Positions 7,173 to 16,257 of a stretch of 64,000 bases of DNA are shown here, piece by piece. The notes under the pieces are model-generated. The model made no database searches. It was given only the letters and a program-made list of their open reading frames with translations, and was not told where the DNA came from. The stretch comes from Verrucomicrobiota bacterium (GTDB taxonomy: Bacteria > Verrucomicrobiota > Verrucomicrobiia > Chthoniobacterales > UBA10450). A program made the position numbers and the translations under genes. Position 1 is the stretch's first letter. Each line of letters opens with the position of its first letter. The stretch is from the NCBI GenBank assembly GCA_003219125.1, contig QHPP01000111.1, forward strand, positions 931 to 64,930. The letters are read 5' to 3'.

Positions 7173-9395
7173 ATGCCTGAACATAGAACAGAAGCTGAAT
7201 CGTCCAATTTTAATTTACGCAATATCCTGTTCGCGCTCTTCAAATGGAAGCGAACGATCTTAGGCCTTGCTCTCTTCGGCATTGTTGTAGCTGCAGGTGT
7301 TTATTTTTTCTACCCGGCAGTGTACGAGTCGGACGCAAGGCTGCTCGTTCGTTATGTGTTGGAAAGGAGCGGTTATGATCCCGTCGACGCTCTCCAAGGT
7401 CAGGGCACCCGGGGTGGCTCCGGTCTAACCATTGACGCTGTCATCGCGGCGGAGGTTTCCATTTTAACGAGTTGGGATTTGTCGGTTCAGGTAGCGGAGG
7501 CATTGGGGCCCAACCGAGTGCTTCCTGATGCAAAAGCGCCAAGCGTCGTGGCAGCTGCCGCCGCAATTAATTCCGGTCTTTCTACTACTACATCCAAGGG
7601 AAGTAACATCATCGGGGTGTCTTACACAAATAGGAAGCCGGAAGTTACTGCTCAGGTTCTGAGTGAGCTGGTCACTCGTTATTTTACCAAGCACCTTGAA
7701 GTGCACAGATCGGCTGGCGCATTCGACTTTGTCAGTCAGCAATCTGATCAAATTCGCGCTCGACTCAATCAGACCGAAGACGCCCTCAAGGCGCTCAAGG
7801 CCAAGGCGGGAGTGATCTCGCTCGCGGATAGTATGGCTAGCCTTAATACGCAGTCCTCGCACCTGGAGGATCAATTAAGAGCGGCCGAAAACGATCTGGC
7901 CGAGCAGCAAGCCAAGGTGAAACAGATTGAGCGAGGTGGATTAGCAGTAGACTTGAACGAGACGGATAACACCAAGGATAAGGCAAAGGATAACACCAAG
8001 GATAACGCTGCACCGCCGCCCCAGCAGGCATCGACCAAGGATATCGGCGACTATCAAGCGCTGGTGACTAACCTGACGAAGCTGCGCGAGACTCAACTGG
8101 AGATGTCCGCCAAGTATACTCCTGAAAATGTACTGGTGAAAATGAACCAGGCGCACATCAACGATCTGGAGAATCAAAAACGGGATTTTGAAAGGAAGTT
8201 CCCTGAGCTCGCAATTAGTGGAGCAAAGGGCTCGGGCCAGTTGGACTTACGGGTTGAGCGTGCGCGTCTTGCCGGAATGAAGTCAAAACTAGACGATCTG
8301 CGTCGCCAAAAGATCGAGTTGCAGGATCGGATGAAACAGCTGGCCGACGTCGGACCGCAAATTGCCAGTCTTGAGCGCAACAAGGAGCTGGAGGAAGCAA
8401 ATTACAAGTATTATTCTGGGACTCTGCAAAAGGCACGGGTGGACGAGGCGCTTGATCCTTCCAAGATGCCGAACATCAGCGCGATCCAACGACCTTCGCC
8501 ACCGGGAATAGTTACAACGACTCGCAACAAGATCGCACTGGGATTTGCCGGAGGTGGACTCGCTTTGGGAATCAGTCTCGCTTTGCTCTTTGAGATGGTC
8601 CTGAACCATAGTTACAAACGTCGATCGGAAGTCGAGTTGCAGCTGCGTTCGCCTGTCATGCTCTCGATCCCTTATCAAGGCAGCAATGGTCGCCTGCGAT
8701 TGCCTTGGAAAAATGGTCAGCGGGCCAGTAAGGAAACGCCCGATAAGAGCAACGCCAGTCTTGCTCCCTGGGAGGTTGAACACTTCATGCGCCCTTATTC
8801 CGAAGCGATTCGAGATCGCCTTGGTTTATACTTCGAGTTACATGGAGTTACTCATAAACCGAAGTTGATCGGCGTTACCGGCTTTGGCGAAGGCGCGGGA
8901 ACTTCGACTCTCGCTGCCGGCGTTGCTGCCGCCCTCTCTGAAACCGGTGATGGTAAGGTTCTTCTTGTCGATGTGAATGCTGCCAATGGTGAAGTTCATC
9001 CATTCTTTGCCGGCCGCCCTGCTGCCTCTCTCACTGCGGCCATTGAACCGCAAGCGGCGATCACTTCCGCTGCCGATAATCTTTACCTGGCAACAATCAA
9101 CCGAGCCGGGAACAAATCCGCGCATCTTGGACTCAAAAAGTTCTTCGCGTTGGTACCAAATCTCAAGGCCAGCGATTTCGACTACATCATTTTCGATATG
9201 CCGCCAATTAACCAAACCAGCCCAACTATCGGTTTGGCCGCGCTCATGGATAAGGTCCTGCTGGTGGTAGAAGCAGAGAAGACCAATCGTGACGTGGTAA
9301 AGCGTGGTTATCGCGAGCTTGTCGGAGCGCGAGCGGACGTAGCGGTGGTCTTGAATAAGACGCGTAGTTACGGTCCGAGCTGGCTCGAAGGCTGA
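7173..9395 (+). CDS. polysaccharide co-polymerase (Wzz/GumC-type chain-length determinant) fused to a BY-kinase-like P-loop domain with a degenerate Walker A
   Basis: An N-terminal TM (ILGLALFGIVVAAGVYFF) is followed by a long coiled-coil region and a second TM (ALGFAGGGLALGISLALLF). The kinase-like domain has IGVTGFGEGAGTST (no Walker A lysine), LLVDVNA (Walker A') and DYIIFDMPP (Walker B). Confidence 0.85.
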   Translation: MPEHRTEAESSNFNLRNILFALFKWKRTILGLALFGIVVAAGVYFFYPAVYESDARLLVRYVLERSGYDPVDALQGQGTRGGSGLTIDAVIAAEVSILTSWDLSVQVAEALGPNRVLPDAKAPSVVAAAAAINSGLSTTTSKGSNIIGVSYTNRKPEVTAQVLSELVTRYFTKHLEVHRSAGAFDFVSQQSDQIRARLNQTEDALKALKAKAGVISLADSMASLNTQSSHLEDQLRAAENDLAEQQAKVKQIERGGLAVDLNETDNTKDKAKDNTKDNAAPPPQQASTKDIGDYQALVTNLTKLRETQLEMSAKYTPENVLVKMNQAHINDLENQKRDFERKFPELAISGAKGSGQLDLRVERARLAGMKSKLDDLRRQKIELQDRMKQLADVGPQIASLERNKELEEANYKYYSGTLQKARVDEALDPSKMPNISAIQRPSPPGIVTTTRNKIALGFAGGGLALGISLALLFEMVLNHSYKRRSEVELQLRSPVMLSIPYQGSNGRLRLPWKNGQRASKETPDKSNASLAPWEVEHFMRPYSEAIRDRLGLYFELHGVTHKPKLIGVTGFGEGAGTSTLAAGVAAALSETGDGKVLLVDVNAANGEVHPFFAGRPAASLTAAIEPQAAITSAADNLYLATINRAGNKSAHLGLKKFFALVPNLKASDFDYIIFDMPPINQTSPTIGLAALMDKVLLVVEAEKTNRDVVKRGYRELVGARADVAVVLNKTRSYGPSWLEG
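7965..8012 (+). repeat. imperfect 24 nt tandem duplication inside the co-polymerase coiled-coil region
   Basis: GATAACACCAAGGATAAGGCAAAG is followed by GATAACACCAAGGATAACGCTGCA, encoding DNTKDKAK DNTKDNAA. Confidence 0.8.
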
Positions 9396-9488
9396 AGTAG
9401 GCCGTTGCTAGATCGAAGCTTCAGTCACTTTTCTTTCCCGTCTCGGAAGAAGTGTGCTTCTTGTAACTCAGTTCGGTAGTTCGTAGCC

Positions 9489-11744
9489 ATGTTACGAAAT
9501 AGAATCTACTATCAGCTTAAGCCCTTCATTCCCCGGGCCCTGCGCGCGGCCGTTCGCCGCAGAATTGCTCTGCGGCTGGAGGCGAGAGTGCAGGATGTCT
9601 GGCCAATCATGCCTGGCTCGGAGCAGACTCCGCCCGGGTGGCTAGGTTGGCCTGATGGCAAAAAGTTTGCCTTGGTATTGACGCATGACGTCGAGGGCCC
9701 AGTAGGCCTGCGACGCTGTCGTCGCCTCGCTAGGCTTGAGTCTGAACTCGGCTTTCGATCATGCTTTAACTTCATTCCCGCTGGACCATACGCTGTTCCC
9801 CCCGGGCTACGCGAGGAACTTACTTCCGAAGGCTTCGAAATTGGCGTGCACGATCTTCATCACGACGGCCGCTTATATCGCACCTGGCGCGGTTTTGTCG
9901 GGAAAGCCAAGCGAATTAATGAGTATCTCGCCGATTGGAATGCTGAGGGCTTTAGATCGGGCTTTATGTTGCACAAACTCGATTGGTTGCATCAGTTGGC
10001 CATTCGCTACGACATGTCCACCTTCGACACCGATCCGTTCGAGCCCCAACCGGAGGGACGACATACCATTTTCCCATTTTTTATCTCTCGCCCGCCGGTC
10101 GATCACCAGACTAATGGCAATGGGGACGGCTATTTGGAGTTGCCATATACCTTGCCGCAGGACTCAACTCTTTTCCTGCTCCTGCGTCACGAAACTTCCG
10201 AGGTCTGGATCCGCAAACTAGATTGGATCGCCAGGCATGGCGGAATGGCTTTGTTAGATACCCACCCGGACTACATGGCATTTCAGGACCCGGCCGATGC
10301 CTCGGTTGAATATCCGGTTGAGCGTTATTGCGAATTCTTGCGCTACGTCCGCGACAAATATTCAGAGACATGCTGGCACGCCTTGCCTCGCGAAGTCACT
10401 TCTTACGTGCTCGACATGTGGAACACCCAACTCGTGAGCGAACCGGTGGCATCGATTGACTTAAATGGCCGGCAAACGCAACCGGCAGCGACGGTGCCCG
10501 AGATACAAGGAAGACCGAGCGCGCGAGGCGTTGTGGCGAAGAAGGACCGTCGATTTCATGGCAAAAGAGTAGGCGTTCTTTTATTTTCAAATTATCCGGC
10601 GGACCCGCGTCCACGGCGGGCGGCCGAGGCGCTGACGCGGGAAGGGGCGATCGTTGATTTGTTGTGCATGCAGCAAAACGAAAGAGAGCCGCGTCACGAA
10701 AACGTTAATGGAGTGAACGTTTCGCGTCTTCCATTTAAGCGATACCGTGGCGGGAAGCTCACCTATGTCGGCCAGTATTCGGCTTTCATCCTGATTTCTT
10801 TTCTTTACCTGACCATACGCTCGCTGCGTAAGCATTACGACTTCATCCATGTCCATAACATGCCTGATATCTTGGTTTTCGCCGCTGCCGCGGCCAAGTT
10901 GCGTGGCTCGAAGCTCATTCTTGATCTCCATGATCCGATGCCTGAATTAATGCAGACCATCTTTAAGCTGTCGCCTGAGAGTTTGAGCGTTCGCGCCTTG
11001 AAGATGATGGAGAAGAAGAGCATTGCATTCTCTGATCTGGTGTTGACCGTTAATATTGCCTGCCAGAATCTCTACTCGGCCCGAAGTTGTCGGCCTGACA
11101 AAATCCGAGTTGTCCTAAACTCGCCTGACGACTACATTTTTCGTTTCCGTCCGGCTAACCTGAACGAACCGAATGGTGAGACGATAGAAAAAACTTACAC
11201 CATTCTTTATCATGGCTCTCTCGTAGCCAGAAATGGTCTTGATCTGGCGGTGGAAGCGCTTGAGACCGTGCGTAGGTCAATCCCAAATGTTAAACTCGTC
11301 ATCTGCGGAGACAGGACGCCATTCTTGGACAGGGTGATGGAGATGGCCCTCCAGCGGCAGCTCGGGAAGAACATCGACTACCTTGGCGTTCAAAACTTGA
11401 ACGGCATCGTAGAGACAATTACCGCCTGCGATCTGGGTATTATACCTAACCAAAAAAGCATTTTTACCGAAATTAATACCCCAACACGGATCTTTGAGTA
11501 TCTCGCTTTGGGCAGACCAGTCATTGCTCCCAGGACGAAAGCTATTCAGGATTATTTCGGCGATCGCGACCTGATCTTTTTCGAACTTGGCGATGCCAGA
11601 GACCTTGCCCGGCAGATTGAGTATGCCTACTCACATCCTAAGGAAGTGATGGAGACAACGCGGCGCGGCCAGCGGGTATATCTCGACCATACCTGGGCGC
11701 GTGAAAGGGCGCAGTTTTTGGATGCCATAGATGAGATTCTCTGA
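9489..11744 (+). CDS. two-domain protein: N-terminal polysaccharide-deacetylase-like domain fused to a C-terminal GT4 (GT-B fold) glycosyltransferase
   Basis: N-terminal domain: FALVLTHDVEGPVG, FEIGVHDLHHDG, ALLDTHPDY. C-terminal domain: HVHNMPD, LDLHDP, LLYHGSL, GIIPNQ and TRIFEYLALGRPVIAP. Confidence 0.75.
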   Translation: MLRNRIYYQLKPFIPRALRAAVRRRIALRLEARVQDVWPIMPGSEQTPPGWLGWPDGKKFALVLTHDVEGPVGLRRCRRLARLESELGFRSCFNFIPAGPYAVPPGLREELTSEGFEIGVHDLHHDGRLYRTWRGFVGKAKRINEYLADWNAEGFRSGFMLHKLDWLHQLAIRYDMSTFDTDPFEPQPEGRHTIFPFFISRPPVDHQTNGNGDGYLELPYTLPQDSTLFLLLRHETSEVWIRKLDWIARHGGMALLDTHPDYMAFQDPADASVEYPVERYCEFLRYVRDKYSETCWHALPREVTSYVLDMWNTQLVSEPVASIDLNGRQTQPAATVPEIQGRPSARGVVAKKDRRFHGKRVGVLLFSNYPADPRPRRAAEALTREGAIVDLLCMQQNEREPRHENVNGVNVSRLPFKRYRGGKLTYVGQYSAFILISFLYLTIRSLRKHYDFIHVHNMPDILVFAAAAAKLRGSKLILDLHDPMPELMQTIFKLSPESLSVRALKMMEKKSIAFSDLVLTVNIACQNLYSARSCRPDKIRVVLNSPDDYIFRFRPANLNEPNGETIEKTYTILYHGSLVARNGLDLAVEALETVRRSIPNVKLVICGDRTPFLDRVMEMALQRQLGKNIDYLGVQNLNGIVETITACDLGIIPNQKSIFTEINTPTRIFEYLALGRPVIAPRTKAIQDYFGDRDLIFFELGDARDLARQIEYAYSHPKEVMETTRRGQRVYLDHTWARERAQFLDAIDEIL

Positions 11745-11865
11745 GGCACGATTCGCAATAGCCTTGGAATCCATCAGCTCGAATCGGAACAGCTTCGCTC
11801 TCGGCTTGCAAGAAGTCCAAACTATTCTGGTTACCGTCCGGGCGGGAGTAGAGCCCCCAAGGTGA

Positions 11866-13542
11866 GTGAAGCACCGTTATTACGGAACGAACATGATCGC
11901 CGTTGCGACAAATCCTGAGCATCGGGCTGCCGCCAGCGAGTTCTTCGAATTGTTTAAGATCGCATGGGAGTTTTACCGCAGTGGCGAAGAGTACGACGCT
12001 GTTATTTGCTGTGGCATTATCCCGTCTGATATTCGAGCAAGTCTGGTTCTGGTGTATGCGTCGGACGAGCTTTCTTTTGATCGAGAACATCAATTACGAG
12101 TCCTGCAGCAGGATCATTCGAGGGAGCTACCGTCTTATCGCCGATGGCGCCTGCCGGTTTATGGGGGTCTCGCCTCAATCATATGCAACGGAAAGCGACA
12201 TGATGCGATCGCCGGAAAAACGAAGTATTCCATTGCCACGGAAATCAAAGTCGGTGCGCAATCCTTCATTCGAATTGGCTATGACCTTTTTGCGGAAGTG
12301 CGGCATCTACTCTTCAAAGGCCAGCCCGCCCGGTTCGCACACGTCCCGGTGATCGAGATTCACATTACAATTGTGCGTAACATCCTTGTTGAGCATCAAA
12401 TACCATTTGAAGAGGTACCTCCCGTTCCGGCGGGCTACAACTTCATTGTATGTTTGACCCATGATGTGGATCATTTCGCCATCCGCAATCACAAGTGTGA
12501 TCACACCATGCTCGGGTTTCTTTATCGGGCGAGCATCGGATCGATGTGGGAACTGCTTTGCGGGAAGAAATCGCTGCGGCAAGTTGCTCGTAATTGGTTA
12601 GCGATTCTGTCGCTCCCCTTGATCTACCTCAGGATACTGCCCGATTTTTGGAGCAAGCTCGAACGTTATCTGGAACTGGATCACGCTTCCACCTTTTTCA
12701 TCGTTCCCAAGAAAGGTGAAGCAGGAACGACCGCAGGCGGCGCGCGTTTGGCGCGGCGCGCCGTTCGCTACGATCTTTCGCAACTACAAACAAGTCTGAA
12801 CGAGATTCTGGCACATCGCGGAGAAATTGGCGTTCACGGAATCGACGCGTGGCGTGACACTGCTGAAGCGAGAAAGGAACGGGAGCAAATCCAAGCGCTC
12901 ACTCATAACCCGGAGGTTGGAGTACGAATGCATTGGCTCTTTTTCGACTCCGAATCTGCGGGAAAACTCGACGAGGCGGGCTTTTTGTACGATAGCACGG
13001 TAGGCTACAACGAGACCGTTGGTTATCGTGCCGGCACGACACAGGCATTCAGACCGTTTGGGACAAAGCGTCTGCTGGAACTGCCGTTGCACATTATGGA
13101 TACGGCCCTCTTCTATCCGGCCCATCTGAACTTGTCTCCGAAACAAGCCATGATGCGAGTAAATGATATGGTGGACAATATGAGACAATTCGGAGGGCTC
13201 CTCATGGTTAATTGGCATGACCGAAGTATTGCTCCAGAACGATTGTGGGACGATTTTTACGCCGAGTTGGTCGAGAAGCTCGAATCGGCCGGGGTATGGT
13301 TCTGTACCGCTGCCGAAGCGGCGCGGTGGTTTCGGCGTCGACGAGAGGTGACGTTCGGAACCAACGGGAGCGAGGCGGCGCTAGCTTCAGGCAGGAGCGA
13401 AGCTGGCCTCCCGGGATTACGAATTCGTTCCTACCATGGAGAACAACGATCGCAGTCATGCGCCGCGAAAGATCGCCCCACTGATCCCTCATTCTCCGAA
13501 GTCCTTCTTGATGGTGCAAAGGAAATTGCGCGAGCAATCTGA
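11866..13542 (+). CDS. hypothetical protein with a polysaccharide-deacetylase-like (CE4-type) domain
   Basis: FIVCLTHDVDHF, GEIGVHGIDAW, RMHWLFF and LMVNWHDR resemble the N-terminal domain of the preceding gene. The GTG start is uncertain, with an alternative ATG at 11893. Confidence 0.6.
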   Translation: MKHRYYGTNMIAVATNPEHRAAASEFFELFKIAWEFYRSGEEYDAVICCGIIPSDIRASLVLVYASDELSFDREHQLRVLQQDHSRELPSYRRWRLPVYGGLASIICNGKRHDAIAGKTKYSIATEIKVGAQSFIRIGYDLFAEVRHLLFKGQPARFAHVPVIEIHITIVRNILVEHQIPFEEVPPVPAGYNFIVCLTHDVDHFAIRNHKCDHTMLGFLYRASIGSMWELLCGKKSLRQVARNWLAILSLPLIYLRILPDFWSKLERYLELDHASTFFIVPKKGEAGTTAGGARLARRAVRYDLSQLQTSLNEILAHRGEIGVHGIDAWRDTAEARKEREQIQALTHNPEVGVRMHWLFFDSESAGKLDEAGFLYDSTVGYNETVGYRAGTTQAFRPFGTKRLLELPLHIMDTALFYPAHLNLSPKQAMMRVNDMVDNMRQFGGLLMVNWHDRSIAPERLWDDFYAELVEKLESAGVWFCTAAEAARWFRRRREVTFGTNGSEAALASGRSEAGLPGLRIRSYHGEQRSQSCAAKDRPTDPSFSEVLLDGAKEIARAI

Positions 13543-13585
13543 TCAGATGGCACGTTAACGGAAAGTGGCTTCATTCTCGTTAGCC

Positions 13586-14623
13586 ATGGAATCGAAACCT
13601 TTAATATTTGCGCAGATCGGTTGTGGATATTGGGGTCCAAATTTGCTACGAAACTTTTCTGCTCTATCGAATTGTTCGGTAAAATACGTTGTCGATTCGA
13701 GTCCGGAGCGTCGCGCTTTCGTTGAAAATAACTTTCCCCGCACTTCGGCAGTTGATTCCGCCGATGCCGTCCTTAACGACCCGGAAGTTGATGCGATTAT
13801 CGTTGCAACTCCAGCAGGTTCCCATTTCGCGTTGGCCAGTAGTGCACTTTGCGCCGGCAAGCATGTCTTCGTCGAGAAGCCGCTCGCGACCAAAGTATCC
13901 GAGGTGGACGAGCTTGCGAAGCATGCGCATGCCAAGCGCCTTATTGTCATGGCTGGACATACCTTTGTCTATAACTCGGCGGTGCGCTACGTGAAGCAGT
14001 TGCTTAACGCAGGAGAATTGGGCGAAGTCCGTTATATCTACAGCCAGCGCCTCAATCTTGGCCGCATCCGCGACGATATCGATGCCTTATGGAACTTCGC
14101 CCCGCACGACGTCAGCATCATTCAATACTGGCTCGATGACGTCGAACCTGTTGCGGTGCGGCGTCAGGGAATGGCCTATATGCAGGATGGGATTGATGAC
14201 GTTGTTTTTTTGAACCTGGAATATCCCGGCAAAATCATTGCCAATGTTCACGTGAGCTGGCTCGATCCACAAAAGGTACGGAAGATGATAGTGGTTGGCT
14301 CACTCAAGATGGTCGTCTACGATGATGTCGCAGACAATAAAATCGCGATCTACGACAAAGGAATCGATCGCAAAGCGGTTTTGGGCGAGAATATGGACTT
14401 CGATAATCCGCAACGCGCGCAATTCAATTATCGTAGCGGCGACATCGTTTTACCCGAAATTAAATTCACCGAGCCGCTGCGCGTTGAAGCCGAACATTTC
14501 GTCGAATGCATCCGGACAGCGCAAACGCCGCTGACCGGGCTTCGTCACGCCCGTAACGTCGTTTCCGTCTTGGAACGCGCGCGTCCTGTCAACGTGAATG
14601 GAGAGCGCGTTGCCGCAGGATGA
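13586..14623 (+). CDS. Gfo/Idh/MocA-family oxidoreductase, WbpB-like (cassette 2)
   Basis: LIFAQIGCGYWGPNLLRNF and EKPLA. It is a clear but divergent paralog of 3290-4387. I chose the start at the ATG (MESKP). Confidence 0.85.
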   Translation: MESKPLIFAQIGCGYWGPNLLRNFSALSNCSVKYVVDSSPERRAFVENNFPRTSAVDSADAVLNDPEVDAIIVATPAGSHFALASSALCAGKHVFVEKPLATKVSEVDELAKHAHAKRLIVMAGHTFVYNSAVRYVKQLLNAGELGEVRYIYSQRLNLGRIRDDIDALWNFAPHDVSIIQYWLDDVEPVAVRRQGMAYMQDGIDDVVFLNLEYPGKIIANVHVSWLDPQKVRKMIVVGSLKMVVYDDVADNKIAIYDKGIDRKAVLGENMDFDNPQRAQFNYRSGDIVLPEIKFTEPLRVEAEHFVECIRTAQTPLTGLRHARNVVSVLERARPVNVNGERVAAG

Positions 14624-15096
14624 CTGGTCCTACCTTGCGGTCGGCGGGGATTCGAAACGTTCGATTCGGGACGGACGTCACTGTTGTCGAACCCGTTAAT
14701 ATTTACGACTGCATCATCGGCGATTCCACTTTTGTTGGGCCGTTCGTTGAGATTCAGCGTGGTGTGATCATAGGCAAACGCTGCAAAATTCAGTCGCACG
14801 CTTTCATCTGCGAACTCGTTAGCATCGGCGATGATTGTTTTATTTCGCATGGTGCAAAATTTATCAATGACCCGTTTGCAATCGGGGGTCCGGCGCGTGG
14901 GAACCGCGACCTTTGGCGTAAGACTCAGATTGGAAATCGCGTTAGCATTGGCACGAACGCGACGATTATGCCGGTCACAATTTGCGATCACGTTGTGATA
15001 GGCGCGGGGTCCGTTGTAACCAAGCCAATTAACGAGCCCGGCATCTACGCTGGAAACCCAGCCCGCTTCCTCCGGCCGATAACCGAACATTCATGA
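14620..15096 (+). CDS. hexapeptide-repeat N-acetyltransferase, WbpD-like (cassette 2)
   Basis: ATGA overlap with the upstream gene. IGDSTFVGPFVEI, IGKRCKIQSHAFI, IGAGSVV and AGNPAR parallel 4384-4905. Confidence 0.85.
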   Translation: MTGPTLRSAGIRNVRFGTDVTVVEPVNIYDCIIGDSTFVGPFVEIQRGVIIGKRCKIQSHAFICELVSIGDDCFISHGAKFINDPFAIGGPARGNRDLWRKTQIGNRVSIGTNATIMPVTICDHVVIGAGSVVTKPINEPGIYAGNPARFLRPITEHS

Positions 15097-16235
15097 AAGT
15101 ACCTTTTGTTGATCTGCACGCTCAGTACCTGAGCATTAAAACGGAAATTAACTCCGCTATTGCTCAAGTAATTACGCAATCCGCCTTTATTCGCGGCAAA
15201 CATGTCGATGCCTTCGAACAGGCCTGGGCTGAGACACTTAAAGTAAAACATTGCATTTCCTGCGCTAACGGGACGGACGCTCTTTACATCGTGATGCGCG
15301 GGCTAGGCGTAAAAACGGGTGACGAAGTTATTACGACGGCGCACTCGTGGATCGCAACTTCGGAGACGATCACGCAAGCGGGAGGTCGGGTTGTCTTTTG
15401 CGACACACAAGAAGATACCTTTAATATCGATCCACGCTTGATCGAATCCAAGATCACAAAAGCGACTGTCGGAATTATTCCAGTCCATCTTTGCGGTCAA
15501 CCAGCTGACATGGATGAGATCATGGCGATCGCGAATAAGCACAATCTTTGGGTCATCGAAGACTGCGCGCAGGCGCATCTCGCGACCTACAAAGGGAAGG
15601 TCGTCGGAACTTTTGGTGATGCAGCTACTTTCTCCTTTTATCCGGGCAAAAATCTGGGAGCTTATGGTGACGCTGGTTGCATTGTAACGAATGATGACAC
15701 CTTGGCCGATTGGACAGCGACCTTTGCTCGCCACGGCGGGAAAGGGGAACACGTAATGGAAGGCATCAATAGCCGCATGGATGGCCTGCAAGCGGCAATA
15801 TTAAACGTTAAGCTGCCCCATCTGCCGGCATGGACGACTGCCCGGCGCCGGGTGGCTGCACGTTACAATGAATTGCTACGCGGCGCCGATAGCCTGACTA
15901 CGCCCAAAGTAGGGGACGACAGAAGCCATGTTTATCATCTTTATGTTGTTGCCACGGATAAGCGCGACTCGTTGAAAAAAGCGTTGGCAGACTCTGAAAT
16001 AACCACCTCCCTGAACTATCCTAAAGCTCTGCCGTTTTATCCGGCTTACACTTACCTCGGCCACAAGCCGGCGGATTTTCCCGCCGCCTACCGCAATCAA
16101 TCTCGAATCCTTTCTCTTCCGATCTTTCCGGAAATGACTGATGAAATGATCGAATATGTCGCTGACCAAACCAGGCGCGGCCTTACCGGCCTATCCGCCG
16201 CCAGGGCAACTGCGGCAAAGTTGGCTAACGTTTAG
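15093..16235 (+). CDS. DegT/DnrJ/EryC1/StrS-family aminotransferase, WbpE-like (cassette 2)
   Basis: ATGA overlap with the upstream gene. MKVPFVDLHAQY and FSFYPGKNLGAYGDAGCI. It is a paralog of 4880-5998. Confidence 0.85.
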   Translation: MKVPFVDLHAQYLSIKTEINSAIAQVITQSAFIRGKHVDAFEQAWAETLKVKHCISCANGTDALYIVMRGLGVKTGDEVITTAHSWIATSETITQAGGRVVFCDTQEDTFNIDPRLIESKITKATVGIIPVHLCGQPADMDEIMAIANKHNLWVIEDCAQAHLATYKGKVVGTFGDAATFSFYPGKNLGAYGDAGCIVTNDDTLADWTATFARHGGKGEHVMEGINSRMDGLQAAILNVKLPHLPAWTTARRRVAARYNELLRGADSLTTPKVGDDRSHVYHLYVVATDKRDSLKKALADSEITTSLNYPKALPFYPAYTYLGHKPADFPAAYRNQSRILSLPIFPEMTDEMIEYVADQTRRGLTGLSAARATAAKLANV

Positions 16236-16257
16236 ACTTATTCTGAAACCAGCGCAG

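Noticed and set aside
14545-15090. 181 aa minus-strand ORF. Similar antisense ORFs occur at 3884-4405, 19089-19694, 22625-23317, 31847-32494 and 56443-56901.
   Set aside because: Each is fully or largely antisense to a + strand gene with strong family motifs. They are typical shadow ORFs in moderately GC-rich DNA.
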